A DNA stretch of 32,000 nt from Candidatus Thorarchaeota archaeon (GCA_003345555.1 PRDJ01000001.1:1-32000), one strand, 5' to 3'. Numbered from the stretch's first letter, positions 1 through 8,506 are shown. The notes: generated from the letters alone by a model not told the origin. Translations and numbers: made by a program.

Positions 1-510
1 TACTACGTTCAGGTACGGACTATCGACTATGTGACAATCCTGCCTTCAATTCCGGTGGCACTCCTCATCATTGCAGTTCTGTACATCAACGAGTTTCCTG
101 ACTATCGAGCAGATGAGGCTACAGGCAAGAGAACTCTGGTTGTGCGCTTAGGTCGCAAGAATGCGGCTCGAGGATATGCGGTGATCATGACTGCAGTCTA
201 TCTCACAATCTTGTTCGGGGTCATCATGAACGTAATGCCAGACGATACTTTAGTTGCACTGACAACACTACCTCTAGGCAGTCTCGCAGTGCGACGTGCC
301 GTGATTTCATATGAGAAATCGTTTGAACTCATTCCTGCAAACGCCTCGACAGTGTTGACGCATCTGCTGACCGGAATGTTCCTCACACTTGGATACGTGC
401 TAGCAGGACTTGCAGTATCCTTTCTAGAGACTCTGGTGCTCGGCTTCTTTATTCTGGCGGTAACACTGTTCCTGAGCCTTAGGATACACAGGAGACCTCC
501 GCCTGCTTAG
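1..510 (+). CDS. menA: UbiA-family prenyltransferase, MenA-like (1,4-dihydroxy-2-naphthoate polyprenyltransferase); 5'-truncated by the window edge
   Basis: Frame 1 is open from base 1 (YYVQVRTIDY...). It contains the second Asp-rich motif NEFPDYRADEATGKRTLVVRLG (MenA consensus NxxxDxxxDxxxGKxTLxVRLG) and several hydrophobic helices. TAG at 508-510. Confidence 0.8.
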   Translation, partial: YYVQVRTIDYVTILPSIPVALLIIAVLYINEFPDYRADEATGKRTLVVRLGRKNAARGYAVIMTAVYLTILFGVIMNVMPDDTLVALTTLPLGSLAVRRAVISYEKSFELIPANASTVLTHLLTGMFLTLGYVLAGLAVSFLETLVLGFFILAVTLFLSLRIHRRPPPA

Positions 511-1740
511 CTATTGCGGATAGGCTTCCTTGAGGCCATCCCAAGAGAATCCTAAAGCCTCGGCAACTAGTACAGCCAGATCCTTCGACTTCTTGCCTGA
601 CCCGGCTTGGGGAAGTTGGTCCTGCATGAAGTCAACACACGACGGACACGCAGAAATCACCTGCTCGGCACTGGTTTGCTCTATGTCCTTTAGTTTGAGC
701 TGGTTTATCTTCAGGGCGAACTCGTTGTCGATAGCTCGGAGAACGCCGCCCGAGCCGCAGCAGAAGCAGTTGTTCTTGTTATGAGGGAGCTCCTCGAACG
801 ATACTCCCGGCAGATTCTCTATGACTTTCCTCGGTTCCTCAAAGAATCCAGAGTTCCTTCCTGCATCACATCCATCATGGAATGTGATTGAGGTCTCCGT
901 GTGACGACCAAGATTGTTCAGTTTGCCGCTATCAAACAGGTCTGCCAGATATCTTGCGCCGTACTCGATTTCGAACGGATGCTCGATGTTCAGAAGCTCA
1001 TGGTACTCATGTGCCCACATCTTGTAGCAACCAGGACAGTTGGTGACTATTCGTTCCACGCCAAGAGCTTTGTACTTCTCTATGTTGTGAGCCGCGAGTT
1101 TCCGAGCCGTGTCAAAATCCCCCGTCATGAGCATCGGGGCCCCGCAGCACCACTCATCCTCCCCGAGTATGGTATAGTCCTGCTGGACCTTGTCCATAAT
1201 CAGAGTCGTGGCTATTGTAGCTTGGATTGGCACTGCCTTGAACGACGAAGCACATCCGAAGAAGAATGCAGTCTTTGCCTTTCGGCCAATCTTGCTTCGC
1301 ACCAGCTCTTCGTCAGGATGCCAGTACGACCACCCGTCGATTCGATCTGACTGAGATTGACCCTGAATGTTGTTAGTCTTCAACAAAGTGTCCCTTGCAG
1401 CTTCGAGGTTCTTTGGCCACATACCCCTTTTCCTGAACTCGGCACGCATCAGCTTGTAGAGCTTGACAAAAGGGATGTCGACTTGACACACTTCCTCACA
1501 TCCGCCGCACAAAGTGCATCCGAATATGGCGTCTCGGAGACCTTCAAGTCCCTCAGAGGGTTCGATGCGGCCCTGGACTAGTGCCCGGGCAAGAAGCATC
1601 TTTCCCTTGCCAGAGTAGCTATCAAGTCGTTTGACCTTGTATGTGGGGCAGGATCCGTGGCCGACTTGACAGAAACTGCACTGAGCGCAGGTGAAGGGCA
1701 TGTCTTGAAGGCCGTGTTTCTCAAGCAGTGGGAAGCGCAT
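511..1740 (-). CDS. Fe-S oxidoreductase with 2x[4Fe-4S] plus two CCG domains (HdrD/GlcF/GlpC family)
   Basis: N-terminal CAQCSFC-x6-CP and CTLCGGCEEVC motifs. Two complete CCG motifs, C-x34-CC-x35-CPGC and C-x35-CC-x36-CPSC, match the CX31-39CCX35/36CXXC consensus. Its stop abuts the menA stop exactly. Confidence 0.9.
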   Translation of the reverse strand: MRFPLLEKHGLQDMPFTCAQCSFCQVGHGSCPTYKVKRLDSYSGKGKMLLARALVQGRIEPSEGLEGLRDAIFGCTLCGGCEEVCQVDIPFVKLYKLMRAEFRKRGMWPKNLEAARDTLLKTNNIQGQSQSDRIDGWSYWHPDEELVRSKIGRKAKTAFFFGCASSFKAVPIQATIATTLIMDKVQQDYTILGEDEWCCGAPMLMTGDFDTARKLAAHNIEKYKALGVERIVTNCPGCYKMWAHEYHELLNIEHPFEIEYGARYLADLFDSGKLNNLGRHTETSITFHDGCDAGRNSGFFEEPRKVIENLPGVSFEELPHNKNNCFCCGSGGVLRAIDNEFALKINQLKLKDIEQTSAEQVISACPSCVDFMQDQLPQAGSGKKSKDLAVLVAEALGFSWDGLKEAYPQ

Positions 1741-1743
1741 TCT

Positions 1744-1767
1744 TCTGGAACCCTGCGAGGTTCTAGA
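1744..1767 (-). promoter_or_regulatory. Stem-loop in the 5' leader, 3 nt before the start codon of the CCG gene
   Basis: The minus-strand sequence TCTAGAACCTCGCAGGGTTCCAGA folds with about 9 pairs, one mismatch and a 4-nt loop, and is followed by AGA-ATG. Confidence 0.3.
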
Positions 1768-2043
1768 GTTTCAATCTAAAAGGTCTTCGGCTTGGACCAT
1801 CATACAAAGGCATGCTGCTTCGGATGGTTCCGTCTAGCTGCTTGGTTCTTTTCTGCACATCCAACGTACGGGCGGCGCAATCCTTGTGGCGAACTCTGGA
1901 CTGCCCCTATGCTCTGGGTCGGCAATCACGCATAAAAGCAAAGTCTTCGTTATGTGATAGGTGAGTGTTAACAGCCTGTCAATCTGACCCCGAACGGATA
2001 CGATGGCACAGTCCCAATATCCTGTGACCAGAAGAAGGACTGA

Positions 2044-4035
2044 GTGATGAGAAAGGACGGAGTTCTCGTACTTCTACTGGTTTTCTCCATACTCATTATG
2101 CTGTTGCCTTCTATGACCGTCGCTCTGCGAAGCCAATCTAAGACCACAGACGGCTTTTCCGCAGAGACTACACCACCGGATACAATCATCTGGGAAACCA
2201 TCGGCAGTCCTGATAACCTAGACCCACATGTTGACTACGAAGCGTTCGGTGCGTGGGTGCTTTTCAACGTCTATGAGACATTGTTCACATATCCTTTCAA
2301 TTCGTCCGACACAACGCCAAGCATCCCGTTGCTGGCAGAAGACTTGGTGATATCAGAGGACGGACTCGGGTACACATTTAGTCTGCGTCAGGGGGTGACG
2401 TTCCATGATGGCACCCCGTTCAATGCTTCGAGTGTGAAGTACAACTTCGAGAGAGTCATGAAAATCTTCGATCCTTACGGACCAGCTTGGATGTTCGCGG
2501 AAGCCATCTCGGGGGGACAGGCAGTTGAGGACGCAGTATACGGCTATGGCAATGGCAGCCCCGAACATGCGGCAGCCTATGACAACTGGAAAGCGAACTC
2601 AGGTGCTATCATAGTCCTCGATACATACACAGTCCAGTTGAAACTTGCTCACAGGTGGGCCCCGTTCATAGCTGCGATAACGTGTGAAGTCGGTGCAATG
2701 ATGAGCCCGACCTGGGTTGAAGCACACGGAGGCGTGCAGTACGGTCAGCACAATACCTATGTCGATGAGCATACCTGTGGAAGCGGGCCTTATGTGGTCA
2801 GCAATTGGACCCGGGACTCAACCATCAAGCTGGACATCAACCCTCTATACTGGAGGACTGCATCGGCAAGAGCAGAGTTTCCCCATGCAGGCGAAGTCAA
2901 CCACGTTTTGATTCTGACCAATGATGACACTGAAGCCCGCATTCTCAATGTGTCTAGCGGCCGAACTGATGCCTGCTATTGGCCCGTTACTCATTCAGTC
3001 GGAGTCTGGAACGGACTCAACGGTTCGAGTGGTGATGGCACACGAAAGTCATCGAACCCCAACCTGAAGTTGTGGTGTCAAGAGCCCACTTACAGTGTGA
3101 GCTTCATAGGATTCAACCTGAACCCGTACGTGTTTTCGTCCGTCGGAACCGTACAGAATCCATTTGTCGTGAAAGCCCTGAGAGAGTCACTCTCCTATGC
3201 CCTCAACTACACATCATTCATCGGTCAGGCCGTGAACGGCTTGGGCATGCCGGGTCAGGGACCAATACCAAAAGGTATGTTCGGACATAACGACAGTCTA
3301 TTCATGTACGAGCAGGACATGGATATGGCCGTACAGAAGTGGAACGCTGCTATGGCCGAAGGCCTTAATGGGATTCTGGCCAACATGTCTTACAGAATCG
3401 ATCTGCGCTACCGGGGCGCAGGCGAAAACGCTGCAAGACCGTGTATGACGATAAAGAATGCCATTGCGGATATTCTCTCCGACGCGGATACCATTCAACC
3501 GTCTCAACCCCTGGTTGTCGAGGTAATTGCAGTCCAAGATATGTACCTGCCATTTGACTGGGAGAAATTGTTCATGCTCTACCCGACAGGGTGGATGCCC
3601 GACTATGCTGATCCGGACGACTACGTACGTCCTTATGTCATGAGTACTGGCTATTACGCGACAAGGATTGGGTTGGCAGTTTCTGAGGGCTGGAATTCGA
3701 CACTAGTGGACGGCTGGATCTCAGCTGCGACAGAGGAATTGAACCCCGCAAGCCGAATAGCTCTGTACGGCCTAGTCCAAGACGCTATCGTGAATCAATG
3801 TGCCTACTTCTGGACATATCAGGCAGAGAACTTCCACGTGGAGTCAACCTCCATGAATGGATACGTGTTCAATCCTATGCACGAGCCGTATTTCTATTAC
3901 TACTGGAAGAGTACAGGGACAGTGACCAACGATGGGTTTTGGAATCCAGTAAGTGCCGGCGTCACAATTGCATCCATCGCTGTCATCATTATCGTTGGCA
4001 CAGCAGTAATCCGTTCGCGCAGACTAGCTGGGTGA
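2044..4035 (+). CDS. ABC transporter peptide/nickel-type solute-binding protein (SBP family 5, DppA/OppA-like) with signal peptide and C-terminal membrane anchor
   Basis: Signature FSLRQGVTFHDGTPFNASSVKYNFER, plus GSGPY and WMPDYADPDDY. Hydrophobic N-terminus; C-terminal TM segment followed by RSRR; 10 N-x-S/T sequons. Start is GTG 2044 or ATG 2047. Confidence 0.88.
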   Translation: MMRKDGVLVLLLVFSILIMLLPSMTVALRSQSKTTDGFSAETTPPDTIIWETIGSPDNLDPHVDYEAFGAWVLFNVYETLFTYPFNSSDTTPSIPLLAEDLVISEDGLGYTFSLRQGVTFHDGTPFNASSVKYNFERVMKIFDPYGPAWMFAEAISGGQAVEDAVYGYGNGSPEHAAAYDNWKANSGAIIVLDTYTVQLKLAHRWAPFIAAITCEVGAMMSPTWVEAHGGVQYGQHNTYVDEHTCGSGPYVVSNWTRDSTIKLDINPLYWRTASARAEFPHAGEVNHVLILTNDDTEARILNVSSGRTDACYWPVTHSVGVWNGLNGSSGDGTRKSSNPNLKLWCQEPTYSVSFIGFNLNPYVFSSVGTVQNPFVVKALRESLSYALNYTSFIGQAVNGLGMPGQGPIPKGMFGHNDSLFMYEQDMDMAVQKWNAAMAEGLNGILANMSYRIDLRYRGAGENAARPCMTIKNAIADILSDADTIQPSQPLVVEVIAVQDMYLPFDWEKLFMLYPTGWMPDYADPDDYVRPYVMSTGYYATRIGLAVSEGWNSTLVDGWISAATEELNPASRIALYGLVQDAIVNQCAYFWTYQAENFHVESTSMNGYVFNPMHEPYFYYYWKSTGTVTNDGFWNPVSAGVTIASIAVIIIVGTAVIRSRRLAG

Positions 4036-4187
4036 TCAGAGTCCGAGACGATGATACGCACTTGATCTTCGAGCGTTTCGCTATGCGCATAGATGAAGTT
4101 GTACAATTGGTGATAACTATGTCAAGCTCGCTTGGCGCAGCGATTCGTCTTCAGCAGATTGACTAGGTACTCGAGCATTCCCTGACT

Positions 4188-4502
4188 CTACACATTCTGC
4201 AGGAGACCCAGTTCGCTGATTTTCTTCCGTGCGGCCTCACCAAACCCATCAGTGCGCTCCGCCATTGCGAAAAGGAAGTCAGGAAGATCCTTGGGAGGAC
4301 AGCCCCACTTCGGATTCCGAATGTAGTCGACAATATAGTCAATGCCTTGCTCGGGGTCAACATTCTTGATTGACTCGAAGTAGGCCATGGTCGACCCTTC
4401 GTAGGGCATTGATTCTTTATAGGATCTCATGCCCCGGAACGCAAGCAGAAGAAGCACAATTGGTATGACTAGCAGTAACGCTAGAATCTCAAACACGTCC
4501 AT
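4188..4502 (-). CDS. Hypothetical protein with an N-terminal transmembrane helix (about 104 aa)
   Basis: ATG at 4502 is preceded by a strong GGAGGAGG RBS. Begins MDVFEILALLLVIPIVLLLLAF. The ORF-track start at 4559 is probably too long. Confidence 0.65.
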   Translation of the reverse strand: MDVFEILALLLVIPIVLLLLAFRGMRSYKESMPYEGSTMAYFESIKNVDPEQGIDYIVDYIRNPKWGCPPKDLPDFLFAMAERTDGFGEAARKKISELGLLQNV

Positions 4503-4585
4503 TCCTAATCCTCCTCCTCTCATCTCGCATTGGCTTGTTTCGTAATCCAAGGCTCGCATGAAGCCCTAGGCGACTAAACCAAGCA

Positions 4586-4605
4586 TTGGGAGCAGGTGCT
4601 CCCAA
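4586..4605. promoter_or_regulatory. Perfect 8-4-8 inverted repeat (candidate operator) in the divergent region upstream of the FAD-NuoB gene
   Basis: TTGGGAGC-AGGT-GCTCCCAA. Confidence 0.4.
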
Positions 4606-4871
4606 GAGAGCTATTGTGGTTGAGCACTTAAGGTGTTTCATCGTGAGACTGCCGAATCCCCGTTAAGAGTACGCAATTACGAGACACATTCGCTGGAATC
4701 CGCTGCAACTTTCGCCATAGCCAGCTTACTTCTCTGGCGTCGCGCCCAGCTCGGAAATCAGTCGTTATCCATAGGCTGCCCTAGATACCCGATCGAGATG
4801 GTTCAGTCGATAGGTATTTGTAGGTGCCTCGATGGCGGTACTCATTGACTTGAAGCAGCTCCGACTAGAGA

Positions 4872-6827
4872 ATGGAGAAGGTTCTGATGGTGTTAAAGAG
4901 CGAGCAAGTATCGAAACTCGCTGAGGTTTTCGGAGACCGACTCGTCACAGCCAAACATGAGATGATTATTCATTCCCAGGATGTCGGTAGTCTGCCAAAA
5001 CAAGTCGGCTGGCTCATGAACACTAAGCCGGATGCAATCATACAGCCCCAATCTCCGGAGGACATTCAGTTTCTTTATGAGTTTGCTCGGGCTCAGAAGG
5101 TCCCGCTCATCCCCAGGGGTGCTGGAACCTCGGGCTACGGGGGAGCGATACCACGTAACGGCGGCATCGTTGTTGACATGCGCAGGATGGATCGAGTACT
5201 CAATATCGACAAGGAGAACCTTACAGTTACTGTTGAGCCGGGCATATCATGGCTCAATCTGCAGTTCGAACTGAACCGTCAAGGTCTGGATTTGAGATGC
5301 TATCCCTCTTCTGGCATATCGGCCACAGTGGGCGGCTGGGTTGCTCAGGGTGGAGATGGTATCGGATCACTGAAATACGGCAAAATCAATGATAATGTGG
5401 TTGAACTTGAGGTTGTTCTGCCAGAGGGTAGAATTGGCAATACCAAGGACATTGAGCTCTTTTGCGACACAGAAGGTATACTTGGAATCATAACGAAAGT
5501 CACCCTGAAGGTCAGGCAACTCACTCCAATGCGTTCCGTTGTAGTCAGCTTTCCCGAGAATTACTTGATGACATTCGCAATCGAGAAGATTCTGGCTGAG
5601 GGACCATTGCCTTTCACAATAAGATTCGAGGAGAGCAAGTACACGGACCTGAAGAAGAGAGTGTGGGAGTCAGACAAACCTTTCCCATTCCCAGTGAGTC
5701 ACTGTGTTCTCCTTGTTTCTTATGAAGGAACCGAGGACGAGATTCGGGAAGGCTTCGAAGTCGTGAGGCGGGTGGCCGAGGAAATGAAGGGCGCCGTCTA
5801 CGATGATTGGGTTGCAGAGCACGAATGGGAAGACAGGTTCTACCCAATGAAGATCAAGAAGATGGGCCCGAGTCTTGTTGTCGGACAGGCATTCGCCCCA
5901 ATCGAGAGCCTCGAAGGCATTCTGGACGATTTCCAGTTCGAACAGGCCTCAGCGAGAGCTGGCATTGATGGCTATGTGACTTCAAAAACTGGGGTCACGA
6001 TGATGGGTTACTTCCTAGAGGATGAGCGTCGCCACTTCTTCCTGCTCTCTTGGTCCCAAGCCTTCGTAGTATTCAAAATTGCTCAACGTCATGGGGGGCA
6101 CCCTCATTCGACGGGGATTTGGTTTGCCAATTATGCGCCCGCCTATTTCGGCACACGACGCTTGGCTAGAATCCGAGCGGCGAAGGTGGAGTTCGACCCC
6201 GAGGAGATATCTAACCCCGGCAAGATATTCGCGTACTGGCTTCCTTTCATACTCAGGGTTGGCAAGTACTTCATGTGGCTCGGCTTCGATCTTTTTAGAA
6301 ACGGGTTCGGCCGAATTGCGCCTATTATTCTTAGGTGGCTGCAGAATCTCCCGCCCATCAAGTGGATTCTTAGATGGGGCCGGGCATACAGTCCTTGGCC
6401 GGTGCAATATGGCCTCGGTTGCTGTATGGTTGAAGGTGCGGCCGCGGTCGCATCTCGCTGGGATCTTGAGAGATTCGGAATGCTGCCTTTGTTTGGCCCG
6501 CGACAGTGCGATGTGCTCTGGGTCTCTGGTTCACTGACCAAGAAGATGGCACCGCGTCTCCGCCGCATATACGAACAGATGCCTGATCCGAAATTTGTCA
6601 TATCGTTCGGTCAGTGTGCTGCGAGTGGCGGCGTGTTCTGGGATGGATACTCCTTGGTGACGCCGCCTGACAAGGTGATCCCGGTAGATGTCTACTTGCC
6701 GGGCTGTCCTCCCAAGCCGTCGGACTTCGTGAGGGCACACCTGATTCTTGAGAACAAGATTCGAGCGGGAACAACCTATTGGCAACGGAGATACGAGAAT
6801 CAGGATGCCATGGGCTTCGTGAAGTAG
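4872..6827 (+). CDS. nuoB: Fusion protein: VAO/GlcD-family FAD-linked oxidoreductase (aa about 10-452), amphipathic linker, then NuoB/FpoB-type [4Fe-4S] subunit (aa about 505-640)
   Basis: FAD domain motifs: PRGAGTSGYGG, ATVGGWVAQGG..G.GSLKYG, EGILGIITKVTLK, and C-terminal FDPEEISNPGK (6195). NuoB motifs: GLGCCMVE (6417-6431), PRQCDVLWVSGSLTKKMAP.LRRIYEQMPDPKFVISFGQCAASGG, VDVYLPGCPP. One uninterrupted frame. Confidence 0.92.
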   Translation: MEKVLMVLKSEQVSKLAEVFGDRLVTAKHEMIIHSQDVGSLPKQVGWLMNTKPDAIIQPQSPEDIQFLYEFARAQKVPLIPRGAGTSGYGGAIPRNGGIVVDMRRMDRVLNIDKENLTVTVEPGISWLNLQFELNRQGLDLRCYPSSGISATVGGWVAQGGDGIGSLKYGKINDNVVELEVVLPEGRIGNTKDIELFCDTEGILGIITKVTLKVRQLTPMRSVVVSFPENYLMTFAIEKILAEGPLPFTIRFEESKYTDLKKRVWESDKPFPFPVSHCVLLVSYEGTEDEIREGFEVVRRVAEEMKGAVYDDWVAEHEWEDRFYPMKIKKMGPSLVVGQAFAPIESLEGILDDFQFEQASARAGIDGYVTSKTGVTMMGYFLEDERRHFFLLSWSQAFVVFKIAQRHGGHPHSTGIWFANYAPAYFGTRRLARIRAAKVEFDPEEISNPGKIFAYWLPFILRVGKYFMWLGFDLFRNGFGRIAPIILRWLQNLPPIKWILRWGRAYSPWPVQYGLGCCMVEGAAAVASRWDLERFGMLPLFGPRQCDVLWVSGSLTKKMAPRLRRIYEQMPDPKFVISFGQCAASGGVFWDGYSLVTPPDKVIPVDVYLPGCPPKPSDFVRAHLILENKIRAGTTYWQRRYENQDAMGFVK

Positions 6828-6925
6828 TTCCTTCACCGGCGGCAATTCCCGCTCTTGGAGTCAGACTTGCGGTCAGCAATACTTATGTTCCAGAGATTCC
6901 CCTTCGAGGCCGGTCGGTTGACACA

Positions 6926-7393
6926 ATGGGGACCCTCAGGGAAGATAGCGACTTCTATTGTTTGCTTTGGCTTGGAGTAGCCTTGCTGAGCGCATACTAC
7001 TTCAACATCGGATACTTGGGGCTCACAATACCACTGTATCTCAGCACGGTACAGGTTTACTTGCTTCCGTTGGTAGGTTGCCCCTTAATCCTAGTTGTAG
7101 TCTTCGTTTCCTACCTGAGCCCATCCCGAGGCAGGTACAAACCCGTGGCATTCGCTCTGGCGATTGTTGTGTCTCTGTACTTCTACATCGTTGTGAGTTC
7201 ATTACCGCCGGTTGCAGGAATCACTTCCGATACATTGTTTCTATTATCGTGGGGAATTGGCAGCGCTCTTCTTGTGGCATCTGGTTTCTCGATAATGCCG
7301 GGTCGGTCGGAAACAACTAGCCCTGGTATTCTGGATGTTGGATCTCTCAAGTACGGCATTCCGACCGAAGAGGAGCACGAGGAAGCAGCCTAG
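6926..7393 (+). CDS. Hypothetical membrane protein (about 4 TM, 155 aa)
   Basis: Four hydrophobic segments and an acidic tail. ATG 6926 chosen over the longer ORF, which overlaps the preceding gene. Confidence 0.65.
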   Translation: MGTLREDSDFYCLLWLGVALLSAYYFNIGYLGLTIPLYLSTVQVYLLPLVGCPLILVVVFVSYLSPSRGRYKPVAFALAIVVSLYFYIVVSSLPPVAGITSDTLFLLSWGIGSALLVASGFSIMPGRSETTSPGILDVGSLKYGIPTEEEHEEAA

Positions 7394-7812
7394 CCGCGTC
7401 TGATAGTTTCAGCACTTGCTTTCGGAATGGCCAAGTCTCGCTTGGCTCTGGAAAGCTCACGGAGCCAGCTTAATGATGCCACCGTGAGAAGAACACCGAA
7501 TGCGGCCCAAAGAAACAGAATCAGACCGCTGTAAGGTTGTGGGAATAGGACGAGATTCAAGTACCCTTCGATTCCACCAAACACAGCGGACAGGAGAGTC
7601 AATGCTATTCGTGCCATCCTAGTTCTTGAAAATGATATCGCCAATGTTGATGCTACGAAGAGAGCATAGTCAACGAGTACGAGACCATAGAGAAGGTCTA
7701 TGACGCCTGCGTCTGCAACCCACCAAACATACAACGCTATCATTGCAAGGCCGACTGCGAAGACAGTATAGTAGACCAGGATACTCTTCGATTTTGACAC
7801 CAACTCTATCAC
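7390..7812 (-). CDS. Hypothetical membrane protein (about 4 TM, 140 aa)
   Basis: GTG start, four hydrophobic segments, 4-nt convergent overlap with its neighbour. Confidence 0.65.
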   Translation of the reverse strand: MIELVSKSKSILVYYTVFAVGLAMIALYVWWVADAGVIDLLYGLVLVDYALFVASTLAISFSRTRMARIALTLLSAVFGGIEGYLNLVLFPQPYSGLILFLWAAFGVLLTVASLSWLRELSRAKRDLAIPKASAETIRRG

Positions 7813-7926
7813 CGAAGGAACGGTTAGGGGTTTGCTTTCCCGTCAATTGCGGTCGCACATATAACTGCTTTGAAGCGAAGAAAAATCCTTAACGCAGAGA
7901 GCTTCATGGGGCGGTCGTGGTTGAAT

Positions 7927-8256
7927 ATGGGCACGTATGTTGAGAACATACACTTCCCGCTCGGAGCCTCGGAAGCGATACGTCGTGTTAACAAGTGGCA
8001 TGAAAGTGAGGGAAAAGACTTCAAAGTACTTGAGAAGAGCGAGAACCATATTGAGATTAGACACAAGACACTTCATATCATAATCACTCTCATACCTGAT
8101 CACCTACGGATTGAGGCTTGGGTCGGGGGTATAACGAAATACTCTATCGCACCAGATGTAATAGTTGGCGCCCTTGCTCGGCGCCAAGGCTGGAAGGAAT
8201 ACCAGACTCTGAAACAGGTGCTGATATCGGGTATAGAACCTAGATCTCTTGGTTGA
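7927..8256 (+). CDS. Hypothetical soluble protein (about 109 aa)
   Basis: Globular alpha/beta-like composition. Start uncertain (7870, 7906 or 7927). Confidence 0.55.
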   Translation: MGTYVENIHFPLGASEAIRRVNKWHESEGKDFKVLEKSENHIEIRHKTLHIIITLIPDHLRIEAWVGGITKYSIAPDVIVGALARRQGWKEYQTLKQVLISGIEPRSLG

Positions 8257-8498
8257 CAGGCCGAATCCCAGATTCGTCAACGAGCATTTGCAGGATGGCG
8301 TTCGGGAAAGAAGGCTATCCATTGTAGAGAGGTGCTGGCCAGGGTGTCATTGTCGTTTCAGCTAGACCAGACATCTCATCAGATATCTTGGCGGACACTG
8401 CCAGTATTGTTTCCGAATCTGTGTTGCACCGGAATCAAATGAGTCCTCGTCTGACATCGTATGAAAACTGGCTAACGCCGGAGCATCTGTCGAAGTCC

Positions 8499-8506
8499 TT
8501 TTATAA
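8499..8506 (+). promoter_or_regulatory. Candidate archaeal TATA box for the nuo operon
   Basis: TTTTATAA preceded by CGAAG (BRE-like), about 100 nt upstream of the nuoA ATG. It is the clearest TATA-like element in this intergenic region. Confidence 0.5.

Noticed and set aside
4081-4092. 12-bp palindrome CTATGCGCATAG between convergent genes
   Set aside because: No loop and no U-tract. One such palindrome in 32 kb is plausible by chance, and no function can be supported.
4633-4848. 71-aa ORF upstream of the fusion gene
   Set aside because: No RBS, no motif and atypical composition; more likely promoter/leader sequence.
4872-6230. Calling the FAD domain D-lactate dehydrogenase or glycolate oxidase GlcD
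   Set aside because: The catalytic HxGDGNxH and EHG motifs are missing. The family assignment is kept, but the specific function is not.
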